Translations under genes and position numbers: made by a program
Notes under the pieces: generated by a model
Told to the model about the DNA's origin: nothing
The model's input: the letters and a program-made list of their open reading frames with translations, nothing else
Database searches by the model: none
Shown: piece after piece, positions 10,701 to 25,072 of the stretch
Position numbering within the stretch: the first letter of the stretch is position 1
How the letters are laid out: each line of letters starts with the position of its first letter
Source: Ginglymostoma cirratum
Taxonomy: Eukaryota
DNA: 64,000 nt
Direction: 5' to 3'
Assembly (NCBI GenBank): GCA_024137785.1
Contig: JAHRHZ010000133.1
Span: forward strand, 67,132,245 to 67,196,244

Positions 10701-12829
10701 ACTGGCTTTGAAAGGTCTGCTCATAGAGAATTGCTGCAGGAACACTTTTGCTCTCCTTAGTCCAGCAAGTAAATGTTTTAAAAATTTGTTTTCAATTTCA
10801 TTTTAACACGGCACCTTTAAGTTTTCCTGCTGTCAACCATTTTCTAGTCAAGTACAGGCACATTTCAAATTATTTTTAGCTACCGAGTACAAATAAAACT
10901 GTGTATTTAATGTTTTAAGTTTCTAAAAAACACTGAATTGACCATCTCATTCAGAAAAATGATGAGCATGACTGGTTGCAGCAACTGATAAAAAGAAAGG
11001 GGTTGGGGCAGAAGCCAACAGTTTTGGCAGAGCTGAGGAGGCCTTACCCTGCAACAAGACAGCGCTGCAGCTGACTGTCTCAAGACACGTAGTGCTAACG
11101 CTGGGTAGCAAATCTAGAAAATTATACCAATCCTCACAACTGGCATCCGATTTTCATGAATCATCAAAATACTGGGCCAGATCTTTATTTGTTTCCTGAA
11201 CTTCTGGTGATTTTTCGTTTATATCCAGCACTTCAATTCCTATTGTTCACTGTTAATTGGTTAAGCTGAGTCTAGACAATATACCAGAGTAATGGAGGTC
11301 CCTGGTTAAACAGTGCTGTGTTTAACTCTTCACTAAGACAGAATCACTCCTTTTCTCCTTGGCTAAAGCTTGATAATTTTTTCCTGTGGTGAAGTTGTGG
11401 TAACTCCCTTGGTCGCCTTTTACTGTCTGCTCTTAAAAAACACAAACTAGGGAATATGGCCAATGTGCATATATATGGCTTACTCGAACTGCCATCAGCT
11501 AACTGGCATTTGAGTGAAATGTCGTCATCTCTTCCCTTTGACTAACATCTACTTTTTTTTGCGATGTGTTTCTAGCCAAATTGCTTGATCAGCTAATCTA
11601 ATAATCATGTCTGAGGCTGTTAACCTGGAAAATTGCAATTTGGTTAAATCTTCGTGTGTGTGGTGTATAGACTTGAAGGGTGCAGCCAATCTGCAACATA
11701 TCCAAAGAGGAGAGAGTCAGCGATTTTCCTTTACTCCTGCTGAGCAGGAACGTCTATTAAGATCTGCATTATGGTTCCTGGACTTTTGGTGCCTGAAGAT
11801 CAGCAACAACACTGTGCAATATAAAAGACAGGCACCAGGAAAACTGAAGGAAGGATTTAGGTGAGGGTCCCAGTTGGGGGGAAATCGTAAAATGGAGGAG
11901 GAGGAGAGATGCACACTGATTTCCATTAGTAAGCCATCAGTAAACAAATGCTGCTGTGGTGGCAACAAGGAAGCGAGCCCACATCTGAAAACCATCGAGT
12001 TGGACAAACTTTTTCTTTCCTCCCTTGTAGTGGTTTTCTTCTCCCACTACCTCCCTCCCCCAGCTCCCAACCCTCTTAAAAAGCCTTCTTTTTTGTTTTG
12101 TTTCCTCTGAAAATAAAACAAAAAAAAAAGTGGCTCACTGTCTCAGCCAAACATTAAGTACGCATTGTGGAATTGAGGACAAAAAAAGTGTGGTTTAAAA
12201 GACAGAGTAAATGGGCTAACCAACTTGGATGGCAGCTGCCAGAGCACATGACTGCCAATCACCCTACAAAGAATTAGCTGTAATGATCTTTCTTCTCAAA
12301 TTCTTGCTCGACAATATGCATTGGGATATTATATCGTGAAAGGTGCTTTGTGAACTCAGGCTGCTACCAGTTAGATTGGTGGAAAGTGAAGGTATAAATG
12401 GAATAATAAAATGGAGCCTGGCAGATCTAACCTCTAATGCTAAAAGCTATCGCTGTCAGGTTAGAGACAACTGATCTCACAAAAGAGGAAAGAGTGGCTC
12501 TAGCAGAAGATACTGATTCATCAAGAGTTGGACCTTTTCACTGTTCAGTTACGAAGAATTATGTGTCATTTCTGTTGAGTAAGCATGGTCATTCTTCCCA
12601 CTTTTACGCTGATAAAGCACGGTTTTGCACAGATGCCTGGCAGCTTTGCTAGCATCCCACTGTCTACAGAACTTTAGTTCACCAGTGAACCTCTGGCACA
12701 CTATATAATAAGTTATATTAATACATGGAACATACAGGATTGGAGTCAGATCCTGTCCTCAGCCAGCTTTCATAAGTTGAAAGTGACTGCTACTGAGCAC
12801 AGAAGCTCGCCCAGACGGTAGGTATCAAT

Positions 12830-14045
12830 GAGGCCGTAAGAATTTAAGACAGTAGGAACAGAAATAGGCCATTTGGCCCATCCAGACTGCTCTGCCATGC
12901 AATAAGTTCATAGCCAATCTGATAATGATAATGCTCAACTTTATTTTCCTGCCTAATCCCCATAACCCTCTATCTCAACCGTCAATATACTTAACAATTC
13001 AGTCTTGACAGCTCTCTCTGTTAAAGAAGTCCAGATTGACTATGCTCTGAGAGAAGGAACTTCTCTTCATCTGTCTTAAAAGGGGTGACTCCTTGTTCTG
13101 AGATTATGCGCTCTACTCTGTTCTCCCAGAAGATGAAAAAAATGCTTCTCAGCTTCCCACCTGCAACCCCGCCTAAGAATCGTATAAGTTTCACTTCTCA
13201 TTCTTTTAAACTCCAGTAAATACAAACCCAAACAACTGAACCTGCCCTCAGAAGAAAATCCCTCCATACCCAGAATCAACCTAGCGAACCTTTTCTGGAC
13301 AGCCTCCAATGTCAGTATCTTTCCTAAGATAACAGGACCTAAACCATTCACAGTATTCCAGGTGTGGTCTGACTTTTACCTTGTATAGTTTTAACAAGAT
13401 CTGCCTATTTTTACACACCACTCTCTTTGAAATACAATCCAACATTCCATTTGACTTCCCAATCACTCAAATGATCTTGGATACAAGCTTTTTCTATTCC
13501 ATGTATGAGGACTCCAAATCCCTCTGTGTTGCAGCTTTCTGTGTTATTTCCCCATTTAAATAATACTCAGCTCTTCTGTTCGTCCTGACTAAGTGGATAA
13601 CTTCACATTTTCCCCACATTATATCTCATCTGCCAAATCTTTGCTCACTCACTCAAACTGTCCATATCCCTCTGTAGACTCTTTTCCTTCTTCATTAGTT
13701 GCCTTGTCATCCGCAAACTTGGTCATTGAACGTTCACTTCTATCATCCAAGTCATTGATATATATTGCAAATAATACTGGGCCCGTACTGTTCCCTCCAC
13801 TAGTTGTAGGTGGTCATCCTAAAATTGCTCCCTTTCTCTTTAATCTCTGACTTGTATTAGATAGCCAATCATTTATCCATGTCTACATACTATCCCCAAC
13901 ACCATAGGTTCTTATCCGATTAAGTATCCTTAAATGCGGTACCGTATCAAAACACCTTTTGATAATCCAAATATATTCTATCTACTCGTTCACCTTTGTC
14001 TAGCCTGCTTTTTAGCTCCTCAAAGAGTTCTAATAAATTTGTATG
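12830..14045 (-). mobile_element. CR1 LINE, 3' ~1.2 kb, decayed
   Basis: VRPHLEYC (ORF 13281-13466) and LEAVQKRFARLILGMEGFSSEGRFSCLGLYLLE (ORF 13076-13351), followed by a CR1 3' UTR. Confidence 0.9.
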
Positions 14046-14424
14046 GCAGTTTCTTAATCAGCAAGCTTTCTCTGGGTGTCACCTTCTCCATTCTCCCTAA
14101 ATGCAGGGAAGGGGTGGGTATCCAAGACAACATTAGCACCATTATTATTACTCCAATTATGTCAGCAAGGGTTTAAAAACCCACAATATTTCTAATAATA
14201 TATTACTGCTGTAATTCCACATTAGCAATCATTGCCCCAGATGTTGCTAGTTCACCACATGAGCACAGCTAGTGCTCCCAAATAGCTTCAAAACAAAATC
14301 AATACCAAAAGCGATACAAGAGAAAAAGCAATGCCTATGATGCAATTCGGCAACCCAGAGTCAGCACCACAGCAGATACAAAGGAAAGCCTGAGGTAATT
14401 ACTCTAAATATTAATAAAAGCAAA

Positions 14425-14810
14425 AGGAAGACTTAAATTTATAGAATGCCCTTCTCAACCTTGGGACATCCCGAGTGCTTTACAGCCAATGAAGTACTTA
14501 TTGAAACACAGTGACTGTCGCAACGTTAGAGAAAGAGTCAACCAATTTACACACAGCAGCTTCCACAGATGTGGTAATGCTCAGATAAACAGTTCTGGAG
14601 ATGGTTTATTGAGGAATAAATATTAGTCCGGCCTGCGGAGAGTTTTCCTGTACTGTTCAAGTATAGTATTATGGGAGAGGGCAGGGACTACATCTGAAAG
14701 GTGACACCTCCTTTGATTATCAGCCCAGATTTTATTTTGAAGGCTCTGAAGCGGGAGCTCAGCTCACAACCTACCATCTCAGGCAAGGGTATCATCCACT
14801 GAACCACAGC
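14425..14810 (-). mobile_element. Deu-type tRNA SINE, near full length
   Basis: Tail 'aagacttaaatttatagaatgcccttctcaaccttgggacatcccgagtgctttacagccaatgaagtac' through to a tRNA-like head 'cacaacctaccatctcaggcaaggg...cactgaaccacagctga'. Confidence 0.7.
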
Positions 14811-17074
14811 TGAAACACACCTTACATGAGAAAGGGTTAACCAGACAAATGCTAGACTATATATTAAGTCTGACAGAGAGAGTGAAGACTCCCCACTACC
14901 AGTGCAGCTCTCCCCCTGTCTCAGTACAGTAACGGTCCAACGTAAGTTCAGTACTCAGAGCTCTGTGCCAAGCTCAGCAAAGGACTCTCAGGTTACAGAG
15001 GCAGTGCAATGCTTTTTTTTTTAATGATAAGTGGCATACTGCCACAGCCAAGTGCTGAGCTTCTGGTTAAGCTTAACTTTTAAGATTTTAAAAAGGTAAA
15101 ATGCCATTTTCTTAAAATCAAAAAAGGAACTGTTCCCTGAGGAATTGCAACTGGGATATGAACCTGGGAGTGCTACAGAATTTCTTAGCTCATACTGTAA
15201 TACTTGTTTCTATGTATTTTAACTACAGGCATTAAACTGGTGATTTGTGACTGATCAAATTTCATGAAAAGTTCTTCAGCCCGATTTCTCAGGAGTTTTC
15301 TATTTTGTTTTCCCCTCCCCCTCTCTATCCAACCCCCAACCAATAGTGTAATTTTCCTAGAGGCAAGGGGGCCTCCTTCATATTAAAAGATCTGAGAGTT
15401 CATCTGGCAATAATTCTACAGAAGACCAGTAGAACCTGGCCTGCTTTTAACCAGATACCAGGCTCCAAAGTTAGAATCATTTACTATTTTTTACACTCCA
15501 AACACAACCCGGTTTCTTATGGTGCTAGTGCCATTTAATAGAGCAGAGCAAAGCCAATGGGAAGCACAGACTTGACAGTTCATGGCACCAATTGTCCTCA
15601 GCATCACAATGGTTATCGTCATCATGTCTGTTCTCAGTGCTGTTCATACTCCCACTTGGTGAACTGGGTGCAAGGTCAGTGGACAGCAAGTCCAGAAAAC
15701 AGGAGGACCAACACAAGATTATTAATTCCTCCTTATTCAGGAGAATTATCCTTCCCAATAATTCAATGCAACAACGAAAGCAGGGTGGGAAACTCTATTT
15801 GGGATTAGCCTGGTCTGCAAATCATGGTTCCATTTTCCAACCTACAAAGGAGCTATTACGGTAGTGTCTGTAGAGTTGGGTTTCAACCTGAAACATCATG
15901 TACTTACCCCTCTATTCCTTGAACATTGCGTTTTCTTTCTCAAGGTGGCACAGTGAAGATGGTCAGTCTTATATTTCACAAGTGAGGGACACCCAACACT
16001 CGCTAGCAATAGAGATTTTTATGTTGTCTGCAGGCCTCCTAATGCACTTATGATCTATTCACTCGAAAAAGGCAAATTAATCTGTGACATCTATTATCTT
16101 TGGCCCATCGCCAAACTCTTGCTTTTGTGTCAAAGCTTTCTCATCCAAATGTGGCCCAAACTCTTAAGGTTGCTGTGACAGAGACAGGTACAGAAATCAG
16201 AAGGCAGCTGATTAAAGAGACACATTAGCACATACACAACAGAATCTGCTTAGCACGGTCACCTGGTTAATGAGATTCCTTTTTACAAAAATCTTTATCC
16301 TTGTAACCCCATGTATTGCCCGACTGCTTAGTCGGATCAGCTGGTGGCTCTATCTATTTTATAAGTTGGTAACTTAACATTTCAGTACCTGACCCTAGAC
16401 AGAGTGCAGGAGGTGTGATAATTAGAAAAGGTCATCCTTCTGTCAGCCTGTCTTAATTACAATGCTTACTGAAACGTTTTATTTTGTCTTAAAATGCCCA
16501 CTTTGGTTTGTGTAATCAAGGGATTTAGGGAAATGAATGCTCATGTATATCACAAATGTAACATGCTTGTGCATTCAGGCCTCTAGCAAAAGTTCAAACA
16601 CTCATCAGATGATGTCATCCACACCCAACTATACCCTGAACAATCCTAGTTAGCATGTCTAGATGTACTGCATAACAATTATGCTGTTCAGCACAAACAT
16701 GGGGCAACAATTATTGTCCGTTTTACTACGCTTTCCTCTATAACCTCTTCCCCACTTCACAAAAACCATTTATGCTTACCAGATTGCCTAATCAATGAGC
16801 AGTGTGGTTTTCTTCTTACAGCAAGGAAGTCTCAGCAACTCTGTTGAGCTGACCTCATTTGAAATGGCGCTCAGCTCATCAGCATTTGCCTCCTTCATGA
16901 AAGCAGTGGTGCTGAGGCCATCAAAAACATGAAACTGGCTCCTGATCTCAGTATTAAAGAATTTCCCAATGCAAAGGTTAGAGGCAGGTGGAAACCAAAT
17001 ATCTCAATGCCCGCTACAATACTTAAAGACCTTACACACTTGGGAAAGGTACAAATAACAGTCTAACCCTACCA

Positions 17075-17222
17075 GTGTTAATCTGAGATTAGCAGATTTT
17101 TGTTAGGCAAGGGTGTCAAGAATTGCAGGTATCTGCAGCTGAGATACACTACAGGCATGATCTCACAGAATAGTGGAACAAGCCGGAAAAGCTGAATGAC
17201 CTACTCCCAGTTCCTATATTAC
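17075..17222 (+). mobile_element. CR1 3' end fragment
   Basis: 'agatttttgttaggcaagggtgtcaag...catgatctcacagaatagtggaacaagccggaaaagctgaatgacctactcc'. Confidence 0.55.
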
Positions 17223-18059
17223 TCAACAACTAGTAAGCAGGTAGCATATATTGCAAACTATCAGCTTGACCATCAATCAAACTTCTCGGTTAACATTAGG
17301 TGAAATAAAAAGTATAGGAGAAATGTTGAACTGGTGTTTTACTCTCGGTCCAAGGTCAAAATTAGTCTCATTGTATCTGGAAGTGGAAGTCTTGAATGTA
17401 TCAGATTATCTGTCATCCTATTTACAATTAACTGCCTTTAAAAAAAGGTGCCTTTTTGGATTGGGCCCTGCCTACACCCTACAAAACAATGCAACTTATC
17501 TCATTTGTGAGGAGGGGAGCTGGTATGTCTATGCTTCCACGCACATCTGTTACAGTTTAAAATATTTTTCAAGAAGAAAAAAAATTATACTTTTCGCCAC
17601 AGTCTATCATGTATACAAGCCCTGCCAACTGGGATGCGAGATTGCTTATTTGCTCAGCTGGATGCAATAGTGTATCTCTGAGCAGGCAGCTTAAATTCCC
17701 TGCTAAAAAAAGAAACTGTCAAATAGAAACGCGATTACACTTCCAGTCTAACAATGATTTTAAAACAGTCAACACACTGCTTTGCAATGAGCCCCTTCAC
17801 TGGGACATGTTCAGGTCTGACAAGACACAAGGCCTTTGAGTTGTTTCGCACTTTCTTAACCTCCTTTTCGGAATAGCCTGCCGAGGACTTTCCAAAGCAG
17901 GTGTGGAAAGCGGTTCTCTCTTTACTTTCCTCCTCCCCCATCTTTCTGGCATGCCCAACTCATGCTAGGACATGATTTCACTGTCAATCCCAGTATCTCG
18001 TCGTTAGTGGCCAGTGGTCCAGCAGCAGACTAGACTACAAGTTTTGCCTCATTCAAACA

Positions 18060-18380
18060 ATACAAAACCACAGGCAAACCTGATTCTGTCCTGCCCCAAC
18101 ATCAACACACAGAGAGAAGCAAAGGGAATGCAGTCAAGCAATGTAGCCCTTATTACACTCTTGGCACACGTTAAATAGCCCAGAACAGACTTTTCAAGGT
18201 GAGTTGATAGACGGCACTAAGGAGGCACAGAACCTGGCTGATCTCATACCTGTATCTTTGGGAAACTGAGGGCAGGTGTAACATCCGTAAAGCGACTACA
18301 GCAGGGATCAGCTAACTTAGCGCGGACCAGGGATCAACTACAGGAGATATGTTATCAGTGGTGCATCAGAAAACAGTTAG
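18060..18380 (-). mobile_element. Possible ancient tRNA-derived SINE
   Basis: The minus strand reads 'gttgatccctggtccgcgctaagttagctgatcc', a B-box-like head. The body is highly decayed. Confidence 0.25.
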
Positions 18381-18409
18381 GTGGGAAATACATAACTTCT
18401 TTTAAACTC

Positions 18410-18735
18410 AAAATCACAGACTGGTTACTACACAGAAGCAGAGTTTTTGTTGGTACTCTGCATGAACAAGTTTGTCTGACACTCCTCTCCATTCCCTTGC
18501 ACATTTTTACTTTCAATTATTTATCTAATTCCCTTTTGAAAGCACAGTAGAGAATGCCCCCACCAACCTTACGGGTAATGCATTCCAGAGTGTAGCAACT
18601 CACCTGTATTTTTCTGTATAGGTTATTTGTTTCTTTTGCCATTTACCTTCTACTGATGTTCTCTGCTTCTCAGCCTTTTTGCCAATGGGAACAGTTTGTC
18701 ACTGTCTATTCTACTCCTCACAATTCTGAGCACTT
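18410..18735 (-). mobile_element. CR1 3' end fragment
   Basis: 'tatttatctaattcccttttgaaag...gtaatgcattccag...gccaatgggaacagtttgtcactgtcta'. Confidence 0.55.
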
Positions 18736-20219
18736 GTCAAAATTTCAGACTTTCAAGAAATGGAACAACTATATAGCTGTTTAGAACATGCTGGTATAAA
18801 CAGTAATATCTGCAGCTTTTTAACCACTTCACTTCATATACTTGGGAAAAGGGCAGATTACTAGACTGGAGTTCCTCAGACCGGCATAAATTAAAGAATT
18901 ATCCAGAAAGTTTTGACAGAGATGAAGCAGGTACATCTCAAAACAGTAACATTAGAAAATGTTTTAAAAATCAGCCACCCGCAAATGGCAATTAAAAAAA
19001 AAAAATCAAAACAACCACAACCAAGATCATTTTTCAGGTCTCGGGTGATTTCTAAAGTGGGGCGATCGAGTAATGTTTTTGGTCTTTTTATAGTCAGTGG
19101 CAACTTTATAAAAGCCTTGACAATTAATTGAGAACTGAAGATAAAGATAAATTAATAGGATTGCCTAAATTTGCACAGCAATTCAATTAAGATCAGTGAA
19201 GAGAAAAGTCGCTGTCTCTGTTATAGATTCATCAGAACTCAAAAAGCTAAACCACCCAGAAAAATTTTACTGTCATTTATTTTTTCCACCGTGAACTTCC
19301 AACGTTTATCATTCTTACTCTGTGGAGATCAAAAATGAGCGGCGAGGAAACAATGAAGAGAAAGTGGCCCTGGTCAAGTAGAGGGAATGTTAAAAAAAAG
19401 GAGACGTGAAGCTAATTCACGGCTGTATGACAATGCAAAGACAGCTTCAACACCACCGTGATACACTATCGTCAAAGGGCAACAAACCCAGCGTGATATA
19501 GCAAAGTGCACATTCAATGGCTACAAATCCTCTCCTTATCAGAGGTCAATGGTTTCTTCTCTGCCTCATGATTTTATGATTCTACCCTAACTCCTTTACA
19601 TCTCACTTATTCTAAAACCCTTAAATGGTTTAAATATTGCACGGTTGTTACCCTCTATTGCATCTGAGGCCCATCACATCACCGGGGCAAAAGTGGAAAC
19701 TCAGATCAAACACCCACTGTACCATCACCGTCAGCTTTGTGTTTAAAGCCACATGCAGGCTCCGATGATTCAATATTGAGCCCATTCTGAGAACTGCACA
19801 TTTTTGATCCCAGCTGTGTGCTGCACCACCAGCAAGACTGCGATATTCTTGGCCAACAAGTGCATTAAGGCAGAGAATGACAAAATGGCTGCAAGCTTGT
19901 TTACCAGACTGCAAGACAACGGCTGCTCTGGACGACATCATAAACCACAGAGTAGCAGACTGATGTCATGTGAACCCAAAGACTGTTACACGAGTAACCA
20001 CTCACTCATGCCTTGTTACAACTTCTATAAAATATGCAATTTCCTGGCTTTTATCCTACCCTCTCTGTCAAATTACTGAGCTTTTCCATTCTTAATTTGC
20101 TATTGGAGTTCATTTCTTCCATTGACATCAACTATTCCTCCTTTCATCTTTGAAATACTTTTGTTTTTGTGGATTTCACCTGCTCTAAAAATTTTTTTTT
20201 ACAAAAAAATTGTCTTTTT

Positions 20220-20505
20220 TACAGTACCTTTAACATTTCAAGGTGCTTCACAGTAGCACGATCAGACCAAAATTGCCAATAAGCTGAAAAAGGCAGCATT
20301 AGGGCAGGTACCCAAAAGTACCGAGGGACCGATTTAAGGATGAGAGTGTGATTGAGGCAGATAAGCTAAGGGAGGGAGTTATCTAAAGCTTCATCTAAAT
20401 ATCATAAGATTTGACTACCATAAGCGGAGTGCAGGAAATAAAAGATGTAAGAAAGGAAAGAATTTTGGGGAATGCAGAGATCTCAGATGATTGTCAGGCT
20501 TCAGA
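20220..20505 (-). mobile_element. L2-type LINE 3' end
   Basis: 'tagtacctttaac'-like terminus, 'caaggtgcttcacag', 'gaatgcagagatctc'. Confidence 0.55.
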
Positions 20506-20817
20506 AGGCCCTTTCTTTAATTGTCAAAAAGACATTAATGCTTAAGCAGGACTGTAACAACATTACGTTAACACATTTCTATCAAAGCGGACAGACAAAG
20601 GAAGAGAATATGCATGATTTTGTACGCTAAAAAAACACGCACATAAATTAGTTTCACTGCCTCAGTTTTTTGTAAACTAATTTTTAATTATTCAATATTG
20701 ATGAATGTCCAAATTGTGAACTGAAGTTCAGAGACAAAGGACAGGATCTTTGCCTCACTGATGATGACGACAAGAAGGACAAATCAGCCTTGGCAAGGTA
20801 CTCATTCACTTCTCACC

Positions 20818-21000
20818 AATAGAAAGAGAGGCCATTCAGTCTGTTACGTCTATTCCAGCTCTTTCCAAGAGCTTTCTCATTAACCCCATTTCCCTGCTCA
20901 TTCCCCAAAAGACCCTAGCAATTGATTTGCCTTTTTAAGAGTTATGTCCAATCCCATCTTGAAAGTTGCACTTGAATCAGCTTCTTGGGCATTGAATTCT
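20818..21000 (-). mobile_element. CR1 3' end fragment
   Basis: 'gaggccattcagtctgttacgtctattccagctc...ccccatttccctgctc'. Confidence 0.5.
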
Positions 21001-21197
21001 TTAATCTTCAGTGATGGCCTGGCTGCAACCCCAAGTCATCTGAAATTCTGCATTGAAAAATAAGCGATCTGGGGCAGCAGAGCCTGGCTTGGTTGTGTAA
21101 AGAGGATGTGGCTGACTCTTGGTGATATCATCCAATGTCACATACCCCTCATGCATCTTTAGGCAATCTTGTTATCACCTAGAGACACTTAAGCATG

Positions 21198-21227
21198 TTC
21201 TCTCTCTCTCTCACACACACACACACA
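21198..21227. repeat. (TC)n(AC)n compound microsatellite
   Basis: Directly visible. Confidence 0.9.
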
Positions 21228-23134
21228 AAAAACTCTGGCTATATGCTCCAGGGAGACAGAGGTAGAGAAAGGGAAGGCTTATACTGAGAGTTTCAGCAGT
21301 CACACAGTCTAAATTAAAATGGCTGCAACTATTTCTACTAGGGTTAAATAAAATCAAAACCAGATGAGCATTGCTCCACATTAATTCTTTGACAGTGTGT
21401 CACACTCGCCTCTCTAAGTGTGGTCGAAAGCAACGTCAGCGGGTCGTGCTGAAAGAAAGGGAATGTTGGGGGGTGGTGGTGTGGTGAATAAATCTCTGAA
21501 AATACTGTTTAAGAGGATTCAGATTCGCATTCCACTGGTATGGTGAAGCAAAATATACAGCAACTGAAGAAGAAGGGAAGAAAATGCGCTTTGACCAACT
21601 ATGCAATCGATACGACAATTGCTAATATTATACAATATTTTGAACTTTTCTTGTTTTAATCTATTACCACTGGGATTCTCACCTGAAAGGATGCTAGCAA
21701 GCTAGTTGATTTTTGAAAATAAAATTCTGATGGCTGAATGGTCACTATTATTGGTATCAACATTTGAATTCCAGACTTTTAAACTAAAATGAATTTCAAA
21801 TTGCCATTGTGGAACGTGAACTTGCATTCTCTCGATTTTTGATCCAGGCTTTCTGGTAGCAAAGACGCAGGTTGATCGGAGCACATTAACTCAAACACAA
21901 TTGTTCAATACAAGAACTACATTTGCAAAAATAGTTACTGTACTTATTATGCACCTACTATGTATTATCACATAAGAATACAAGAAACAGCTTCACCACA
22001 ATTATATCAAATACTACGATTCGTTCGAACAACAAAAGTAATTCCACAGAGGCAGAAACCACAGATTTCAATTCTGCATCACGTTAAACAGGGGCAAATA
22101 TTTTATTGGTGAACATGGTTCATTCTTTCTGCATGAAGGTTATATTTAATTCTTAAATTACATAACTGGCAAAAAAAAAGCACACAATCTGATAAACAAA
22201 CCTGGATGGGCACCAGCTGACAGAGAGCTCATATGCTTACCGCATTAATTTAGATGTTTGCACTTGTGTGTGAGTCAGACACACACTACACTGGGAAGAG
22301 TGAACACATTCCTCACTCAATAAATTACTTAATAAGAGCAAGGTAAGAAAAGACTTGTACAGTAATTAATCAGATTCCATGCAACTGCCCAAATTGTGAC
22401 AGGTTCGCCTTCCCTGGCAAAGTGATTGAAATCTTGCTCACAGCACAGAGATGTTATGCCCAGCATTTCTTTTCAAAACGGAATATTTAAATTACATCAC
22501 ATCTCTAATCTACAAATGTCATCAATGTTTTTATTCCACATCTGTAAAGCTAATATTGTGTTTGCTTTCCAAAATACACCAGGAGCATTTCTGCATGGAA
22601 ATACAAAGAATGATGTGACAGTTTCGTAAGCTGAATAAACATCAGTTACTTACTAGTAAACTCACTGCAAAAATAAGAGAATCTGCAACACAGGCATAGC
22701 CCTCACAACGCAAACTGTTCCGACGGACAACGTACTGCCATCACCTCTACTGGTCAGAACACTAATTCCAGCACAACACAAAACGCCACAACATTATGGA
22801 AAATGCTGAAGAATGCTTCTGGAAAAAAAAACTGGAAATGCATTTAACAGCACAGAGACTGTAAAAAACGTAAACAGTCATAATGCCTGCTTCTGGATCC
22901 ATCTTACATAGGGCACAGAGGCACATTCACCTGCGTAATGTCCAACTTCCAATAGCTGGGATAGTGAGTTCATTGTAGTGAATCTCATACACCCAATCCC
23001 AGCTCACGATAGATGGATCGAGCCAGATCATGTACTTGCAGTCATTACTGACCAGAAAGTCACTGCACAATGTACATGGCAAACAATAAGTAGATGAGGA
23101 TCAGACATCACTACGCTGCTGTCTATGTTTCTTC

Positions 23135-23272
23135 AGCATCCTCAGTCTTAAACTGCTCCACGACGGTAGTTCATGCTTTCAGCTTCCTGGGCCCAAAGCT
23201 CTGGAATTCCCTCCCTAAATCTTTCCATCTCTCCACTTCTCTTCTCCTGTCAAGACAACACTTAAAGCCTAC
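23135..23272 (+). mobile_element. L2-type LINE 3' fragment
   Basis: 'catgctttcagcttcctgggcccaaagctctggaattccctccctaaatc'. Confidence 0.6.
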
Positions 23273-24029
23273 TTTTTTTTTTTATTATCTATCCCAGAAT
23301 CTTAAAGTCAAGTCTTCTTTGATAGCATTCCTATAAAATACAAGCTATCATTGCTTTTGTCCAGCCTCTCATTTGAAGTGACCAATTAAATGAATTCCTG
23401 AGGGATGGAGATGCAGCCAACACCTGTAGAACTACACTCCTGTAACAATTAGGATCTTTAGGAAAGATGGGAAACATCCTTTGGAAGAATAAAATTAGAG
23501 CAGGAAGCTGCAAGAAACCTAATTTACAACGGCAGTATCTTTATGCAGTTGTTGCAGACATTACACTACATAACACCATTCTGACCTATTGTTTTCATGC
23601 CAGAATCCAACCTATAAATCATATCTTAGGTAATAAAAGGGGCTCACCAGGAGACACCATGATTACGAACATAAATTAACGCCCATTTAAAGCAGCTGAA
23701 ATGTAGCTACCTGAAAATTCCCCTAAGTAATATGGAAAGTTTCCAGAGTCACCTTATGTTTGAGTTCTCATTTTTAACCCAATTATGTACAATAACATCC
23801 CTGCATCATTGTGAATGGTTGTTTTCTTGTTCCAAATTAATACAACATTCTCGGGGTGTGAAGATTGCTTTTTAAGAGCCACACAGTCCTGTGCGGAAGA
23901 TTTCTACATCTGGAACATTGGTGCATGTTGCAAAATAGTGAAAAAGATCATTAAAGTGTATACACAGGAGACATGTCAATTCTGGGTATTATGCATATGG
24001 CAAGGCAGAATGCAAAACTGCCTTGTTGC

Positions 24030-24950
24030 CCTTTGTTTGACTTTGATTTTATTGTCACATGTACCGAAATACAGTGAAAAGCTCTGTTTACAAGTGGTGC
24101 AGGCAGATCACAGCAAGCAATGGATGTACAGATCAAAAAGACTTAAAGGCATCCAGGTTACATTGCAGGTTACATTATTTGAGGCTAAAGTCCATTCAAC
24201 AGTCTGATAACGGTGGGAAAGAAACTATTCCTGAACCTGCTCGTGCGTGTGTTCAGGTTTCTATATCTTCTGCCTGATGGAAGAGGTTATGGGAGGTCAC
24301 TACCAGGATGCGATGGGTCTTTGATGATGTTGGCGGCCTTTCCACAGCAGCAAGCCATGTAAATTGAGTCCATGGATTGAAGGTTGGCTTCCGTGATGGT
24401 CTGGGCTGTGCACACCACCTTCTGTAGTTTCTTACGGTCCGGGGTACAGCAATTGCCATACCTGGCTGTTATGCATCTGGACAGTATGCTTTCAATGATA
24501 CATCTGTAGAAGTTGAAGGTCATTACAGACATGCCAAATTTCCTGAGCCACCTGAGGAAGAAGACACGTTGTCGCGCCTTCTTAACTGTCGCACCTACGA
24601 GAGAAGTCCAGGACAGGTTGTCAGTTACCGTCATTCCAAGGAACTTGGTGCTCTTCACCCTCTCAACATCAGCTCCACTGATGTAGATGGGGGTGTGCTC
24701 TCCTGCTTTCTTTCTGAAGTCGATGATCAGTTCTTTAGTTTTGCTGATATTGAGACAGATTGTTTCACTGCAACACGTTACCAAGCCCTGTATCTTGACT
24801 CGTTATTATTAGTTATCCATCCCACTACAGTGGTGGCGTCAGCGAACTTGTCAGTGGCATTTGTTCAGAATTTGGCAACAGTTGCAGGTGTACAGAAAGT
24901 ACAGTAGGGGACTGAGGACATATCCTTGAGGGGGCTCCAATGCTGAGTGG
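24030..24950 (-). mobile_element. Rex1/Babar-clade LINE, 5'-truncated RT C-terminus and 3' UTR
   Basis: ORF 24287-24784 reads LNISKTKELIIDFRK...KFLG...NLSW...KKARQRVFFLRWLRKFG...FYRCIIESILSRCITARYGN...KAANIIKDPSHPG. Upstream are decayed APQGYVLSPLLY and KFADATTVVG motifs. Confidence 0.92.
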
Positions 24951-25072
24951 AGCCAGAAAATGGTACAGCCCTGGCTGCTGATTTCTGTTAAGTTGTGAGA
25001 AGTTCCCTACATCCAGACACAACTTGGCAGATGACACAAGTGTAAGATCGCAAAGACCAGCAGAAGCTGACT

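Noticed and set aside
15525-15910. Overlapping short ORFs and a nearby minus-strand GTAAGTA donor
   Set aside because: No recognisable domain or coherent acceptor; consistent with chance.
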